A stretch of 43,076 bases of DNA from an uncultured Streptomycetaceae bacterium (GTDB lineage: Bacteria; Pseudomonadota; Gammaproteobacteria; Burkholderiales; SG8-41): the NCBI GenBank assembly GCA_964498105.1, contig CAZCGD010000566.1, positions 1 to 43,076 of the forward strand. Reading direction: 5' to 3'. The translations under genes were made by a program, and so were the position numbers. Numbering within the stretch: position 1 is the stretch's first letter; each line of letters starts with the position of its first letter. Below are positions 25,852 through 34,473 of the stretch, piece after piece. The notes under the pieces are model-generated. The model saw only the letters and a list, made by a program, of their open reading frames with translations, had not been told where the DNA came from and did no database searches.

Positions 25852-25929
25852 GAGCTTGCGGCCTACTTCAAACGCGAGGTCGACCAGTACGCGAGGATCA
25901 TCAAGGCCGGCAATATTTCGGTCGACTGA
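25852..25929 (+). pseudogene. Relic of the last 25 codons of a Bug-family gene
   Basis: ELAAYFKREVDQYARIIKAGNISVD* aligns with the C-terminus ELAAYFKREIDKYAKVIKAGNITAD* of the Bug gene at 26121-27095. The frame is closed by TAG directly upstream (25849-25851). Confidence 0.6.
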
Positions 25930-26013
25930 TCCGGCATCATGGCTACGGCAAAAAGGGTCCTGCGCACACTTTTTCGTTGCTTGCACGCCCGGGCCGTCTA
26001 CCGCTATTCCTTG

Positions 26014-26027
26014 ATAATTATAATTAT
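26014..26027. promoter_or_regulatory. Perfect 14-bp AT palindrome (candidate operator) in a divergent promoter region
   Basis: ATAATTATAATTAT equals its own reverse complement. It lies in the 334-bp gap between the acyl-CoA dehydrogenase (-) and Bug (+) genes. Confidence 0.3.
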
Positions 26028-26120
26028 TTTTTTCCGGCAGATCAGTGCCTTGCCCCTGAGTCCAATAAGTGGAACCATGTCCCCGCGGCATTATCACTCC
26101 AATAAAGCGAGGAGGGTTCC

Positions 26121-27095
26121 ATGAGCAAGAGTGCTGCGTTGTGTTCGCTCGCCGTCGCGCTGTCCGCGGCGGTGCTTGGCCCGGGTTCGGCGGTCGCGCA
26201 GGCGTGGCCGAGCAAGCCGGTGCGCATCATCGTGCCATTCGGCCCGGGCGGCGGCAACGATATCCAGGGACGGCTGCTCGGCAAGAAATTCTTCGAGAGC
26301 ATGGGACAGTCTTTCGTCGTGGATAACCGCTCCGGGGCGAGCGGCCTGATCGGCGCTGAGCTGGCCGCGAGGTCTCCGGCCGACGGCTACACCATCCTGT
26401 TCACCTCCGGAGGGTTGTCGGCCAGGGTGAGCCTCTACAAGAAGATCGCGTTCGACCCGGTAAAGGATCTGCTGCCGGTCGGCCGGGTGTCTTCGTATCC
26501 GCTGATTCTGGCGGTGCATCCCAGCGTGCCGGTCAAATCGGCGAAGGAGCTGATTGCGCTCGTGAAGAAGCAGAAAGGCAAGTTCAGTGCCGGACACGGC
26601 GGCGGCGGTGGACCCGGCCATATATCGCTCGAAATGCTGAAGCAGATTGCAGGGCTGGACGTCGTGGCCGTCCCCTATAAAGGCGCCGGACCGGCGATCA
26701 TGGCGCTGATCACCGGAGAAACCGACTTTGTGTTCACGCCCGCGCTTGTTGCCGTACCCCACTTCAAGTCCGGCAGAGTGAGGCCGCTTGCCGTCACGTC
26801 GCTCAAAGGATCGAGTTCCTTCCCTGACCTGCCGACGATGGATTCGATCTACCGGGGCTTCGAAATCGAAAACTGGTATGCGATGTTCTTCCCGGCGGGC
26901 ACGCCCAGGGAAATCGTTACCAAGCTCAATGCCGAGATGGTGAAAGCGCTCAAGTCGTCGGACGTGCGCGAATTCATAGCGAAAGAAGGCGGAGATCCGG
27001 TCGGCAGCACGCCGGAGGAACTTGCGGCCTACTTCAAGCGCGAGATCGACAAGTACGCCAAGGTCATCAAGGCGGGGAACATCACCGCTGACTGA
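26121..27095 (+). CDS. Bug-family (TTT) periplasmic binding protein
   Basis: RBS GAGGAGGG is present. The signal peptide is MSKSAALCSLAVALSAAVLGPGSAVAQA. Motifs include KPVRIIVPFGPGGGND, VDNRSGASG and AVPYKG. Confidence 0.9.
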   Translation: MSKSAALCSLAVALSAAVLGPGSAVAQAWPSKPVRIIVPFGPGGGNDIQGRLLGKKFFESMGQSFVVDNRSGASGLIGAELAARSPADGYTILFTSGGLSARVSLYKKIAFDPVKDLLPVGRVSSYPLILAVHPSVPVKSAKELIALVKKQKGKFSAGHGGGGGPGHISLEMLKQIAGLDVVAVPYKGAGPAIMALITGETDFVFTPALVAVPHFKSGRVRPLAVTSLKGSSSFPDLPTMDSIYRGFEIENWYAMFFPAGTPREIVTKLNAEMVKALKSSDVREFIAKEGGDPVGSTPEELAAYFKREIDKYAKVIKAGNITAD

Positions 27096-27124
27096 TAATG
27101 AGTGCGCGGCAGCATGCCGCGCAT

Positions 27125-27769
27125 TCATTCGGCGTCGGGTTGTTTGTCCGGCGCCGCGCGCCGGAATGCGTCCAGCGCCTGGCAGTTCTTCTCAATCCTC
27201 AGCAGGATCGGGTACGGCGTCACGTCGCACTTGAACCGGTAGGCGTTGGCGAGCTGCGGCACCAGGCAGCAGTCGGCGAGGCCGGGCGCGTCGCCGTGGC
27301 AGTACGATCCCGTTTCCCGGTCTCCGGCGAGCCTCGCCTCGAGCGCGCCCAGTCCCAGCGCGATCCAGTGGTGATACCACGTCCGTTTGGCGTCGTCGCT
27401 GAGGCCCAGGGGGCCGGACAGGTAATTCAGCACCCGCGTGTTGTTCAGCGGGTGGATTTCGCACGCGATCGCCAGCGCGAGCGAGCGCACCCGTGCCCGC
27501 GCCGCCGGGTCTTTCGGCAGGAGCGGCGGCAGCGGGTGGACTTCCTCCAGGTATTCCATTATGGCGAGCGACTGTGTAAGCGCGCGCTCGCCATCCTGCA
27601 GCACCGGCACCAGCGACTGCGGGTTCAGCTTGCGGTAAGCGGGAGCGAGCTGCTCGCCGCCGCCGCGGCTGAGATGCACCGGGACGGCCTCGTAGGTGAG
27701 GCCCTTGAGGTTCAACGCGATGCGGACGCGGTACGCGGCGGAGCTGCGGAAGAAGGTGTAGAGCTTCAT
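27125..27769 (-). CDS. maiA: Zeta-class glutathione S-transferase: maleylacetoacetate/maleylpyruvate isomerase
   Basis: MKLYTFFRSSAAYRVRIALNLKGL...NPQSLVPVL...LTQSLAIMEYLEE is the canonical MaiA/NagL N-terminus. GTG 27778 is an alternative start. Confidence 0.85.
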   Translation of the reverse strand: MKLYTFFRSSAAYRVRIALNLKGLTYEAVPVHLSRGGGEQLAPAYRKLNPQSLVPVLQDGERALTQSLAIMEYLEEVHPLPPLLPKDPAARARVRSLALAIACEIHPLNNTRVLNYLSGPLGLSDDAKRTWYHHWIALGLGALEARLAGDRETGSYCHGDAPGLADCCLVPQLANAYRFKCDVTPYPILLRIEKNCQALDAFRRAAPDKQPDAE

Positions 27770-27787
27770 GATCAACACGCCAAACGC

Positions 27788-28035
27788 AACCGCCGATGAA
27801 CGCCGATGAACGCCGATATTTCAATTTCGGAAATGATCATCAAGGGAGAATCACATTCGCGTTTATCTCTCGGCGACCCACGGCTGTACGGCTTGCTCGA
27901 AACGGGCATTGGCAACTCGGGGCTAATGTATGGGCTTGAACCGAAGGCAGCCTCAGATCAACGCCGATGGGAAACGAAACAACACCGCAGATGATTTTCA
28001 GATGGATTTGCGTTTATCTGCGTTCATCGGCGGTT
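27788..28035. mobile_element. 248-bp MITE-like element with 16-bp perfect terminal inverted repeats
   Basis: AACCGCCGATGAACGC (27788-27803) is the exact reverse complement of GCGTTCATCGGCGGTT (28020-28035). The left end carries the tandem CGCCGATGAA CGCCGATGAA CGCCGATA. The interior is AT-richer and has no convincing ORF. Confidence 0.55.
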
Positions 28036-28050
28036 TCCTGGTTTCGCTTG

Positions 28051-29094
28051 TCACTCGCAGGGAACGCTCTCGCGCCACAGGCCGAGCGCTTTCTGCGCCG
28101 GGCGGTCGGAGAAGCTGAACAGCACGGAATCGGCGTCGGCCTCGTGCTGCACGCGGCTCCACGACGGCGCGACGAACACGTCCTGTTCCTGCCATTCGAG
28201 GACTTTGCCGTCGATGCGGGTGCGGCCGCGGCCCTCGACCGCGCAATACACCGTGCCGTCGGTCGTACGGTAAGGCTTGCCGCGGAAATCTTTATGCAGG
28301 AGCTGGACGAACGCGCCGATGGTGGGCATTGGGTAGCCGCCGGTCGCGGGATTGGAGTACTGGAGCTTCAGCCCGTGGCAGGGGTGCATATCGCCGCCGC
28401 GGCGCAACTGCTCGAGCGCTTCGCGCGTGCGCGCGTAGGGATAGCAGAACACCGGCGTCGTCAGCGATTGCGGCGTGTAATCGGCCGGCAGCATGTTGGC
28501 GCCGTAACGCGCCTGGGAATCGCCCTCCGGCCGCGCAATGGGTTGCATCGCCTCCGGGTAGCGCTCCATGAATCCCGCGTCGAAGAACGCCACCAGTGGG
28601 ACGTCCAACCCGTCCAGCCACACGACCGGGTCGCTGCCGGGGTTGCCGTGATCGTGCCAGGTCCAGGAGGGCGTGATGATGAAATCGCCGGGATGCATCG
28701 TCACGCGCTCGCCGTCCACAGCGGTGTAGGCGCCCGTGCCTTCGACGATGAAGCGCAGCGCGGATTGCGTGTGCCGGTGACTGGGCGCGACTTCCCCGGG
28801 CAGGATCAATTGCAGCCCGGCGTAGAGCGAGTGCGTGATGGATGAGGCGCCGCGCAGCCCCGGGTTTTCGAGGACGAGGACGCGCCGCTCGGCTTCCTCC
28901 GCCGAGATCAGTTCACCGGCTTCCATGATGAAAGAGCGCACGTCGCGGTACTTCCACAGCGCCGGCACGCAGGGCGTGGCGGGTGTCGGCGGCACCAGCG
29001 CGCCCAGCACTTCCCACAGCGGCGCCATGTCGTGCCGGGATAGGCGGTCGTAGAACTCGCGGCGCTTGGGGTTTTGGGCGGGGGCGGTGGACAT
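28051..29094 (-). CDS. Gentisate 1,2-dioxygenase-type bicupin
   Basis: From ATG 29094: MSTAPAQNPKRREFYDRLSRHDMAPLWEVL...HRHTQSALRFIVEG.G..T.V.GE....PGDFIITPSWTWHDH, the typical GDO cupin signature. The 836-aa ORF-track call was trimmed. Confidence 0.85.
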   Translation of the reverse strand: MSTAPAQNPKRREFYDRLSRHDMAPLWEVLGALVPPTPATPCVPALWKYRDVRSFIMEAGELISAEEAERRVLVLENPGLRGASSITHSLYAGLQLILPGEVAPSHRHTQSALRFIVEGTGAYTAVDGERVTMHPGDFIITPSWTWHDHGNPGSDPVVWLDGLDVPLVAFFDAGFMERYPEAMQPIARPEGDSQARYGANMLPADYTPQSLTTPVFCYPYARTREALEQLRRGGDMHPCHGLKLQYSNPATGGYPMPTIGAFVQLLHKDFRGKPYRTTDGTVYCAVEGRGRTRIDGKVLEWQEQDVFVAPSWSRVQHEADADSVLFSFSDRPAQKALGLWRESVPCE

Positions 29095-29105
29095 GGCTGC
29101 TGCTA

Positions 29106-30356
29106 TTATGCCTTCGCTTTCGATGATAGGGATTCCTTGTCGTAGCCCGCGACCCGCGCATAGCCGTGGGTGAGCGCGGCCAGCTCCTCGCGGCTGATCA
29201 CCTCGTTGATGTCCTTGAACGGCTGGTCGCCGGTCCTCAGGTAGACCTCGCGCAGGACCGCGTCGGGCGGGTTCTTGCGGTTCATCCTGACGATACTGGC
29301 CGTCGCCTCGAGCCGCTGCGCTTCGTACTGCTTCAGCGCCGCCACCGGGTCGCCCTGGGAACTCAGGCATTCCGCGAGGGCCCTGGCGTCGAGGATCGCC
29401 TGGCCGGCGCCGTTGGAGCCGCGCGGCACCATCGGGTGCGCCGCGTCGCCCAGCAGCGTGATGCGGCCGTGGCTCCACCGCGGCAGCGGTTCCTGGTCCA
29501 CCATCGGGTACTCGAGGATGGCCTCGGCGTTGCGCATCATATCCGCCACGTCGAGCCAGTCGAACTTCCAGTCCTCGAAGACGTGGATGAAATCCTCCAG
29601 CTTGCCGGCGCGGTTCCAGTCCCGGCGCTTGTAATCTGGGGTGTAGAACTCGCCGACCCAGCTCACCAGCTGGCGGCCCTGCGCGTCGCGCTGGTTGCGG
29701 ATCGGATAGATGATCACTTTGCCGGATTCGAGCCAGCCGGCGCGCACGAAGCTCTCGCCCGTGAGGAACGGCTTCCACCAGGTCGCGCCGCGCCACATGT
29801 TGACGCCCGAGTAGATCGGGTCGCCTTCGTCCGGGTAGAACTGCTTGCGGAGCACCGAATGGATGCCGTCGCAACTCACGACGGCTGCGCCGCGTTGCGG
29901 CGGCAGTGCCTCGCCGGTGACGGTGCTGGCGAAATGGACCGTCACGCCGCCGCCGTCCTGCTCTGCTCGCGTGGAGCGCCAGCCGGTGACTATCCGGTCG
30001 GCGCCGATGCGGTTCCTGCACGCATCGAGCAGCACCACTTGCAGGTCGCCCCGGTGGATGGAGAACTGGGGCGTGTCGTAGCCGGCGTGGCGGCCGCAGG
30101 GCTCGCTGTAGATCAACTGGCCGTGGCGGTTGTAGAAAACCGCTTCGCGTGTCGTCACCGCGACCTTCTCCAGCGCGTCCAGCAGCCCGAGCGCCGCGAG
30201 TTCTTTCGTCGCGTGAGGGAGGAGGTTGATGCCGAGGCCCAGCCCCTTCACCTCCGCGGCCAGCTCGTAGACGCGGCACGGGATGCCGGCCCGGTGCAGG
30301 GTCAGGGCCAGCGTCAATCCGCCAATGCCGGCGCCGATGATGATGACGTCGTTCAT
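29106..30356 (-). CDS. Class A FAD-dependent aromatic monooxygenase (PhzS / salicylate-hydroxylase-like)
   Basis: MNDVIIIGAGIGGLTLAL (GxGxxG), GADGIHS-like CDGIHSVLR, and LLGDAAHPMVPRGSNGAGQAILDA. By eye the overall pattern is close to PhzS. There is an 11-nt gap to the dioxygenase gene. Confidence 0.85.
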   Translation of the reverse strand: MNDVIIIGAGIGGLTLALTLHRAGIPCRVYELAAEVKGLGLGINLLPHATKELAALGLLDALEKVAVTTREAVFYNRHGQLIYSEPCGRHAGYDTPQFSIHRGDLQVVLLDACRNRIGADRIVTGWRSTRAEQDGGGVTVHFASTVTGEALPPQRGAAVVSCDGIHSVLRKQFYPDEGDPIYSGVNMWRGATWWKPFLTGESFVRAGWLESGKVIIYPIRNQRDAQGRQLVSWVGEFYTPDYKRRDWNRAGKLEDFIHVFEDWKFDWLDVADMMRNAEAILEYPMVDQEPLPRWSHGRITLLGDAAHPMVPRGSNGAGQAILDARALAECLSSQGDPVAALKQYEAQRLEATASIVRMNRKNPPDAVLREVYLRTGDQPFKDINEVISREELAALTHGYARVAGYDKESLSSKAKA

Positions 30357-30430
30357 CGCGGTCTATTTTATCCAACGGACACGCTAGAATCGCGCTTTCC
30401 GAAACCGGAGCGGACCGGGCGGGCAGGAGC

Positions 30431-31690
30431 ATGGAAAACGTGGTGATCGTGGGTGGCGGCATCTGCGGATTGACGCTGGCCCTCAACCTGCACGCGCGGG
30501 GCATTCCGTGCCGGGTGTACGAGCGCGCCGGGGAAGTCAGGGAGCTGGGGGTCGGCATCACCTTGCTGCCGCACGCGATGCGCGAGTTCTCGGCGCTCGG
30601 CCTGCAGGAACGGCTGCTGACGGCGGGGGTCGAGAACCGGGAGAGCTGCTTCTACAACCGCTTCGGCCAGTTCATCTACAAGGAGCCGCGCGGCACGTTC
30701 GGCGGCTATCCCTTTCCCGAGGTCGGCATACACCGCGGCCGGCTGCACCGCATCCTGTACCAGGCGGTGCTCGAGCGCCTCGGGCCGGAGCGCGTGCTGA
30801 TGGACCGCCAGTGCGCGCGCGTCGAGCAGGACGGCGCGTGCGCCGCGGTGCATTTCACGGAGACCTCCACCGGGCGTAGCCTCGCGCCGGTACGGGCGCG
30901 GGCGGTGATTGCGTGCGACGGCATCAACTCGGTGCTGCGCCGGCAGTTCTACCCGGACGAGGCCGTGGCATTCGCGGGGATCAACACCTGGCGCGGCGTG
31001 ACTCGCCGCAAGCCCATCCTGACCGGCCGCAGCTTCATGCGCATCGGCTCCATCCTGACCGGCAAGCTGGTGGTCTACCCGATCATCGACGACGTGGACG
31101 GGGAGGGCAACCAGCTCGTCAACTGGATGGCCGAGATCAAGCAGGACACCTGCGAGAAGAACGACTGGAACAAGCCCGGCGACAGCGCCGGCTTCATCCA
31201 CCTCTACGAGGGCTGGAAATTCGACTGGCTCGACGTGGGCGAATTGATCCGCAGCGCCGAGACCATACTGGAGTACCCGATGGTGGACCGCGACCCGGTG
31301 GGGCGCTGGACGTTCGGGCGTGTCACGCTGGCGGGCGACGCGGCGCACCCGATGTATCCGCGCGGCTCGAACGGCGCGGCGCAGGCGGCGATAGACGCGC
31401 GTTCTCTCGCCGAATGCCTGGCAGCGGCGCGGGACCCGGCGGAGGCGCTCGCCGCCTACGAGCAGACCCGGCGCGAGACCACCGCGAAGATCGTGCGCGC
31501 CAACCGCGCGCACCCGCCGGACTTCATCAACATCAAGGTCGAGGAACTGGTGGGCGACCAACCCTTCGACGATCTTGACCGCTACATCACCCAGGCCGAG
31601 CTGCACGCACTGTCCGAGAACTACAAGCGGATCGCGGGCTTCTCCCTGTCCGACGTTTCCGGCGCGCCGCGACCGACGGCAAACAGCTGA
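30431..31690 (+). CDS. Class A FAD-dependent aromatic monooxygenase, paralog of 29106-30356
   Basis: MENVVIVGGGICGLTLAL, CDGINSVLR and LAGDAAHPMYPRGSNGAAQAAIDA. AGGAG lies before the ATG. The protein is colinear with the divergent neighbour along its whole length. Confidence 0.85.
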   Translation: MENVVIVGGGICGLTLALNLHARGIPCRVYERAGEVRELGVGITLLPHAMREFSALGLQERLLTAGVENRESCFYNRFGQFIYKEPRGTFGGYPFPEVGIHRGRLHRILYQAVLERLGPERVLMDRQCARVEQDGACAAVHFTETSTGRSLAPVRARAVIACDGINSVLRRQFYPDEAVAFAGINTWRGVTRRKPILTGRSFMRIGSILTGKLVVYPIIDDVDGEGNQLVNWMAEIKQDTCEKNDWNKPGDSAGFIHLYEGWKFDWLDVGELIRSAETILEYPMVDRDPVGRWTFGRVTLAGDAAHPMYPRGSNGAAQAAIDARSLAECLAAARDPAEALAAYEQTRRETTAKIVRANRAHPPDFINIKVEELVGDQPFDDLDRYITQAELHALSENYKRIAGFSLSDVSGAPRPTANS

Positions 31691-31762
31691 CGGGCGCTTT
31701 GCGCGCCGCTGTATACTTCACCGGCTCCACCGCAACCAACTTTCTTAAAGCCCCCGCAATTT

Positions 31763-33196
31763 ATGGCCACCAACACCCGCCCCAACCCTGACAAGGCTCT
31801 CCTGCAGATCGCCGACTACGTCGACCGCTATCCGGTCAAGAGCCCGCTCGCGCTGGAAACCGCGCGACTGGCATTGATCGACAGCCTCGGCTGCGGCTTC
31901 GAGGCGCTGTCCTATCCCGCGTGCACCAAGCTGCTGGGGCCGGTGGTGCCGGGGACCCTCGTGCCGAACGGCGCGCGCGTGCCGGGCACGTCCTACACGC
32001 TCGACCCGGAGCGCGCGACGTTCAACATCGGCGCGCTGGTGCGCTGGCTCGATTTCAACGACGCCTTTTACGGCGCGACGGTGATCCACCCGTCGGACAC
32101 CTTCTGCGGCATTCTGGCGGTGGCCGACTGGTTGTCCCGCACGCGCGCGGCGCAGGGCCAGAAGCCGCTCACCATGCGCGACGTGCTGGAGTCGGCGGTG
32201 AAGTCCTACGAGATCATGGGCGGGCTCGCGCTCGAGAATGGGTTTTCCGCGGTCGGGCTCGATCACACCATCCTGGTGAAGATCGCCATCACGCCGGTGG
32301 TGACGAAGCTGCTTGGCGGCACCCACGAGGAGATCGTCAACGCCCTGTCGCAGGCGTGGGTGGACGGGCACGCGCTCGCGACCTTCCGCCGCAAGCCCAA
32401 TACCGGCCCGCGCAAGTCGTGGGCGGCGGCCGACGCGGCGAGCCGCGGCGTGCGCCTGGCGTTGATGGCGGTGAAGGGCGAGATCGGCTGTCCGTCGGCG
32501 CTGACCGCGAAGACCTGGGGCTTCTACCACGTGCTGTTCAAGGACAGGCCGTTCAGGTTCCAGCGGCCGTACGGCACCTACGTCGTGGAGAACGTGCTGT
32601 TCAAGCTGCCGTACCCGACGGCGTTTCATGGCCAGAGCGGGGTCGAGGCGGCGATCAAGCTGCACCCGCTGGTCAAGGACCGGCTCGACGACGTGAAGCG
32701 CGTCGAAGGCAAGTGCCACAACTCGACGATGGTGATCCTTGACAAGTCGGGGCCGCTCCATAACCCGGCGGACCGCGACCACTGCATGCAGTACATGATG
32801 GCGATCGGCCTGATCTACGGCACCATGACCGCCGAGCACTACGAAGACCACATCGCGGCCGACCCGCGTATCGACGCGCTGCGCGCGAAGATGCGGCTCT
32901 CCGAGTCGGCCCAGTACGAGCGCGAATACCACGATCCCGCCAAGCGCACCAATGCCAACTCGATCCAGGTATTTTTCAAGGACGGCAGCAAGACGCCGCT
33001 GTCCGAGGTGCTGTATCCGCTGGGCCACCGCCGGCGGCGCCAGGAGGGCATCCCGGCGCTGATGGAGAAATTCGAGCGCAACGTCGCGCGCGTGTTTGCC
33101 GCCAAGCAGCGCGACGCGATCCTCAAGGCCTGCCTCGACCAGAAGCGGCTGGAGGCGATGCCGGTGAACGAGTTCATAGACCTGTTGGTTGTTTAA
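31763..33196 (+). CDS. prpD: 2-methylcitrate dehydratase
   Basis: 477 aa. By eye it is colinear with E. coli PrpD: DSLGCGFEALSYPACTKLLGPVVPGT, IHPSD, GLDH..LVK, RKSWAA.DA.SRGVRLAL, NPADRDHCMQYM, PLGHRRRR.EGIP. Confidence 0.85.
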   Translation: MATNTRPNPDKALLQIADYVDRYPVKSPLALETARLALIDSLGCGFEALSYPACTKLLGPVVPGTLVPNGARVPGTSYTLDPERATFNIGALVRWLDFNDAFYGATVIHPSDTFCGILAVADWLSRTRAAQGQKPLTMRDVLESAVKSYEIMGGLALENGFSAVGLDHTILVKIAITPVVTKLLGGTHEEIVNALSQAWVDGHALATFRRKPNTGPRKSWAAADAASRGVRLALMAVKGEIGCPSALTAKTWGFYHVLFKDRPFRFQRPYGTYVVENVLFKLPYPTAFHGQSGVEAAIKLHPLVKDRLDDVKRVEGKCHNSTMVILDKSGPLHNPADRDHCMQYMMAIGLIYGTMTAEHYEDHIAADPRIDALRAKMRLSESAQYEREYHDPAKRTNANSIQVFFKDGSKTPLSEVLYPLGHRRRRQEGIPALMEKFERNVARVFAAKQRDAILKACLDQKRLEAMPVNEFIDLLVV

Positions 33197-33200
33197 ATTC

Positions 33201-33304
33201 AATAGACAGGATTAACAGGATTAACAAGATTCAAATAATGAAAATAAGTTTTTGTTTCGTTTTTCTTGATCTAATCCTGTAAATCTTGTAAATCCTGTCC
33301 ATTC
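33201..33304. repeat. 104-bp AT-rich hairpin element, family B copy 1 (9-nt words ACAGGATTA / TAATCCTGT)
   Basis: It begins aatagacaggattaacaggattaacaagatt and ends ctaatcctgtaaatcttgtaaatcctgtccattc, followed by a T-run (tttggttttttt). It starts 5 nt after the prpD TAA. Confidence 0.8.
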
Positions 33305-33325
33305 TTTGGTTTTTTTGGAGAAGGC

Positions 33326-34204
33326 ATGAATCACACTGAACAACGCAAGCGGCTGCGCGCGGTATTCGCGGGCAACCAGTGCATTTCCCCGGCGAGCGTC
33401 TACGACGGCCTGTCGGCGCGCGTTGCCGAGTCGGTCGGCTACGAGGTCGGCATGCTGGCCGGGTCGGTCGCGGCGAATACCACGCTGGCGGCTCCGGACC
33501 TCATCGTGCTGACCCTGACCGAGTTCGCCGACCAGGTGCGGCGCATCATGCGCGCAAGCAGGCTGTCGCTGATTGTCGACGCGGACCACGGCTACGGCAA
33601 CGCCCTCAACGTCATGCGCACCGTGGAAGAGCTGGAGCACGCGGGCGTCTCCGGCATGAGCATCGAGGACACGGCGCTGCCGACGCGCTTCGGCCAGACC
33701 GAGGGCACCGACGAGCTGATTTCCCTCGACGAGATGGTCGGCAAGTTGAAGGCCGCAGTGGCCGCGCGCCGCGATCCTTCGACGGTGATCCTCGGCCGCA
33801 CCGCGGCGCTCAAGGTGGAAGGCACGGAGGGCGCGGTGAGGCGGGCGAAGGCGTTCGCGGCGTGCGGCGTGGACGCGGTGTTCGTGGTCGGCGTGGAGTC
33901 GGTGGACCAGGTGCGGGCGGTCCGCGAGGCGGCGAAGCTGCCGATCATGGTCGGGTCGGCGCCGGCTTCGATCAAGCGCGATGATTTCGCCGCCGCCGGC
34001 GCGCGCGTGCTGTTGCAGGGCCACCAGCCGGTGGCGGCGGCGGTGAAGGCGGTGAGGGAGGTCTACACCCATCTCTTCAACGGCGGCGCGCCCGCGGACC
34101 TGAAGGACAAGATCGCTACGGTGAAGGAAATGGACGCGCTGGTGAGCGGCGATGCCTACAAGAAATGGCAGATGGACTACCTGGGACTGAAAGGCAAAGG
34201 ATGA
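33326..34204 (+). CDS. PEP mutase/isocitrate lyase superfamily protein, PA4872-type oxaloacetate decarboxylase-like
   Basis: The core is DADHGYGNALNVMRTVEELEHAGVSGMSIEDTALPTRFG. From my memory of both sequences, it is much closer to P. aeruginosa PA4872 than to PrpB. RBS GGAGAAGG is present. Confidence 0.75.
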   Translation: MNHTEQRKRLRAVFAGNQCISPASVYDGLSARVAESVGYEVGMLAGSVAANTTLAAPDLIVLTLTEFADQVRRIMRASRLSLIVDADHGYGNALNVMRTVEELEHAGVSGMSIEDTALPTRFGQTEGTDELISLDEMVGKLKAAVAARRDPSTVILGRTAALKVEGTEGAVRRAKAFAACGVDAVFVVGVESVDQVRAVREAAKLPIMVGSAPASIKRDDFAAAGARVLLQGHQPVAAAVKAVREVYTHLFNGGAPADLKDKIATVKEMDALVSGDAYKKWQMDYLGLKGKG

Positions 34205-34342
34205 GGGATACAAACAAGCACCAAGTCTCAAGCACCAAATTACAAACAAGCACCAAGTCTCAAGCACTAAGCACCAGACGTTTGGAGATTGGAATTTGAA
34301 TTTTGTTTGTGATTTGGCGTTTGGGATTTGGGATTTGAGATC
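34205..34342. repeat. AT-rich repeat element, family C copy 1
   Basis: The word AAGCAC(C/T) occurs 5 times, within a 26-bp direct repeat ACAAACAAGCACCAAGTCTCAAGCAC x2. The heptamers TTTGGCG TTTGGGA TTTGGGA TTTGAGA follow. The element starts at the base after the TGA. Confidence 0.8.
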
Positions 34343-34473
34343 TATGACGGATGAGGGGTTCGGCTACCGGCCTGCAGAATTAGTTGCCGGTTTGATGCTG
34401 TCATGGCACATTGCGGACGGCGGCCCGGGCAGCGCTTCCCGGGGCGATTAATGCGTCAAATAGGAGCATCCAC

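Noticed and set aside
27806-28118. Small ORFs (62 aa each at 27806-27994 and 27930-28118) inside the TIR element
   Set aside because: They have no SD, overlap each other and have odd composition. The segment is better explained as non-coding repeat DNA.
28051-30561. 836-aa ORF that looks like a dioxygenase with a huge N-terminal extension
   Set aside because: The upstream 489 codons overlap the flavin monooxygenase gene, which has clear FAD motifs in another frame. The dioxygenase has its own ATG at 29094 with a family-typical N-terminus.
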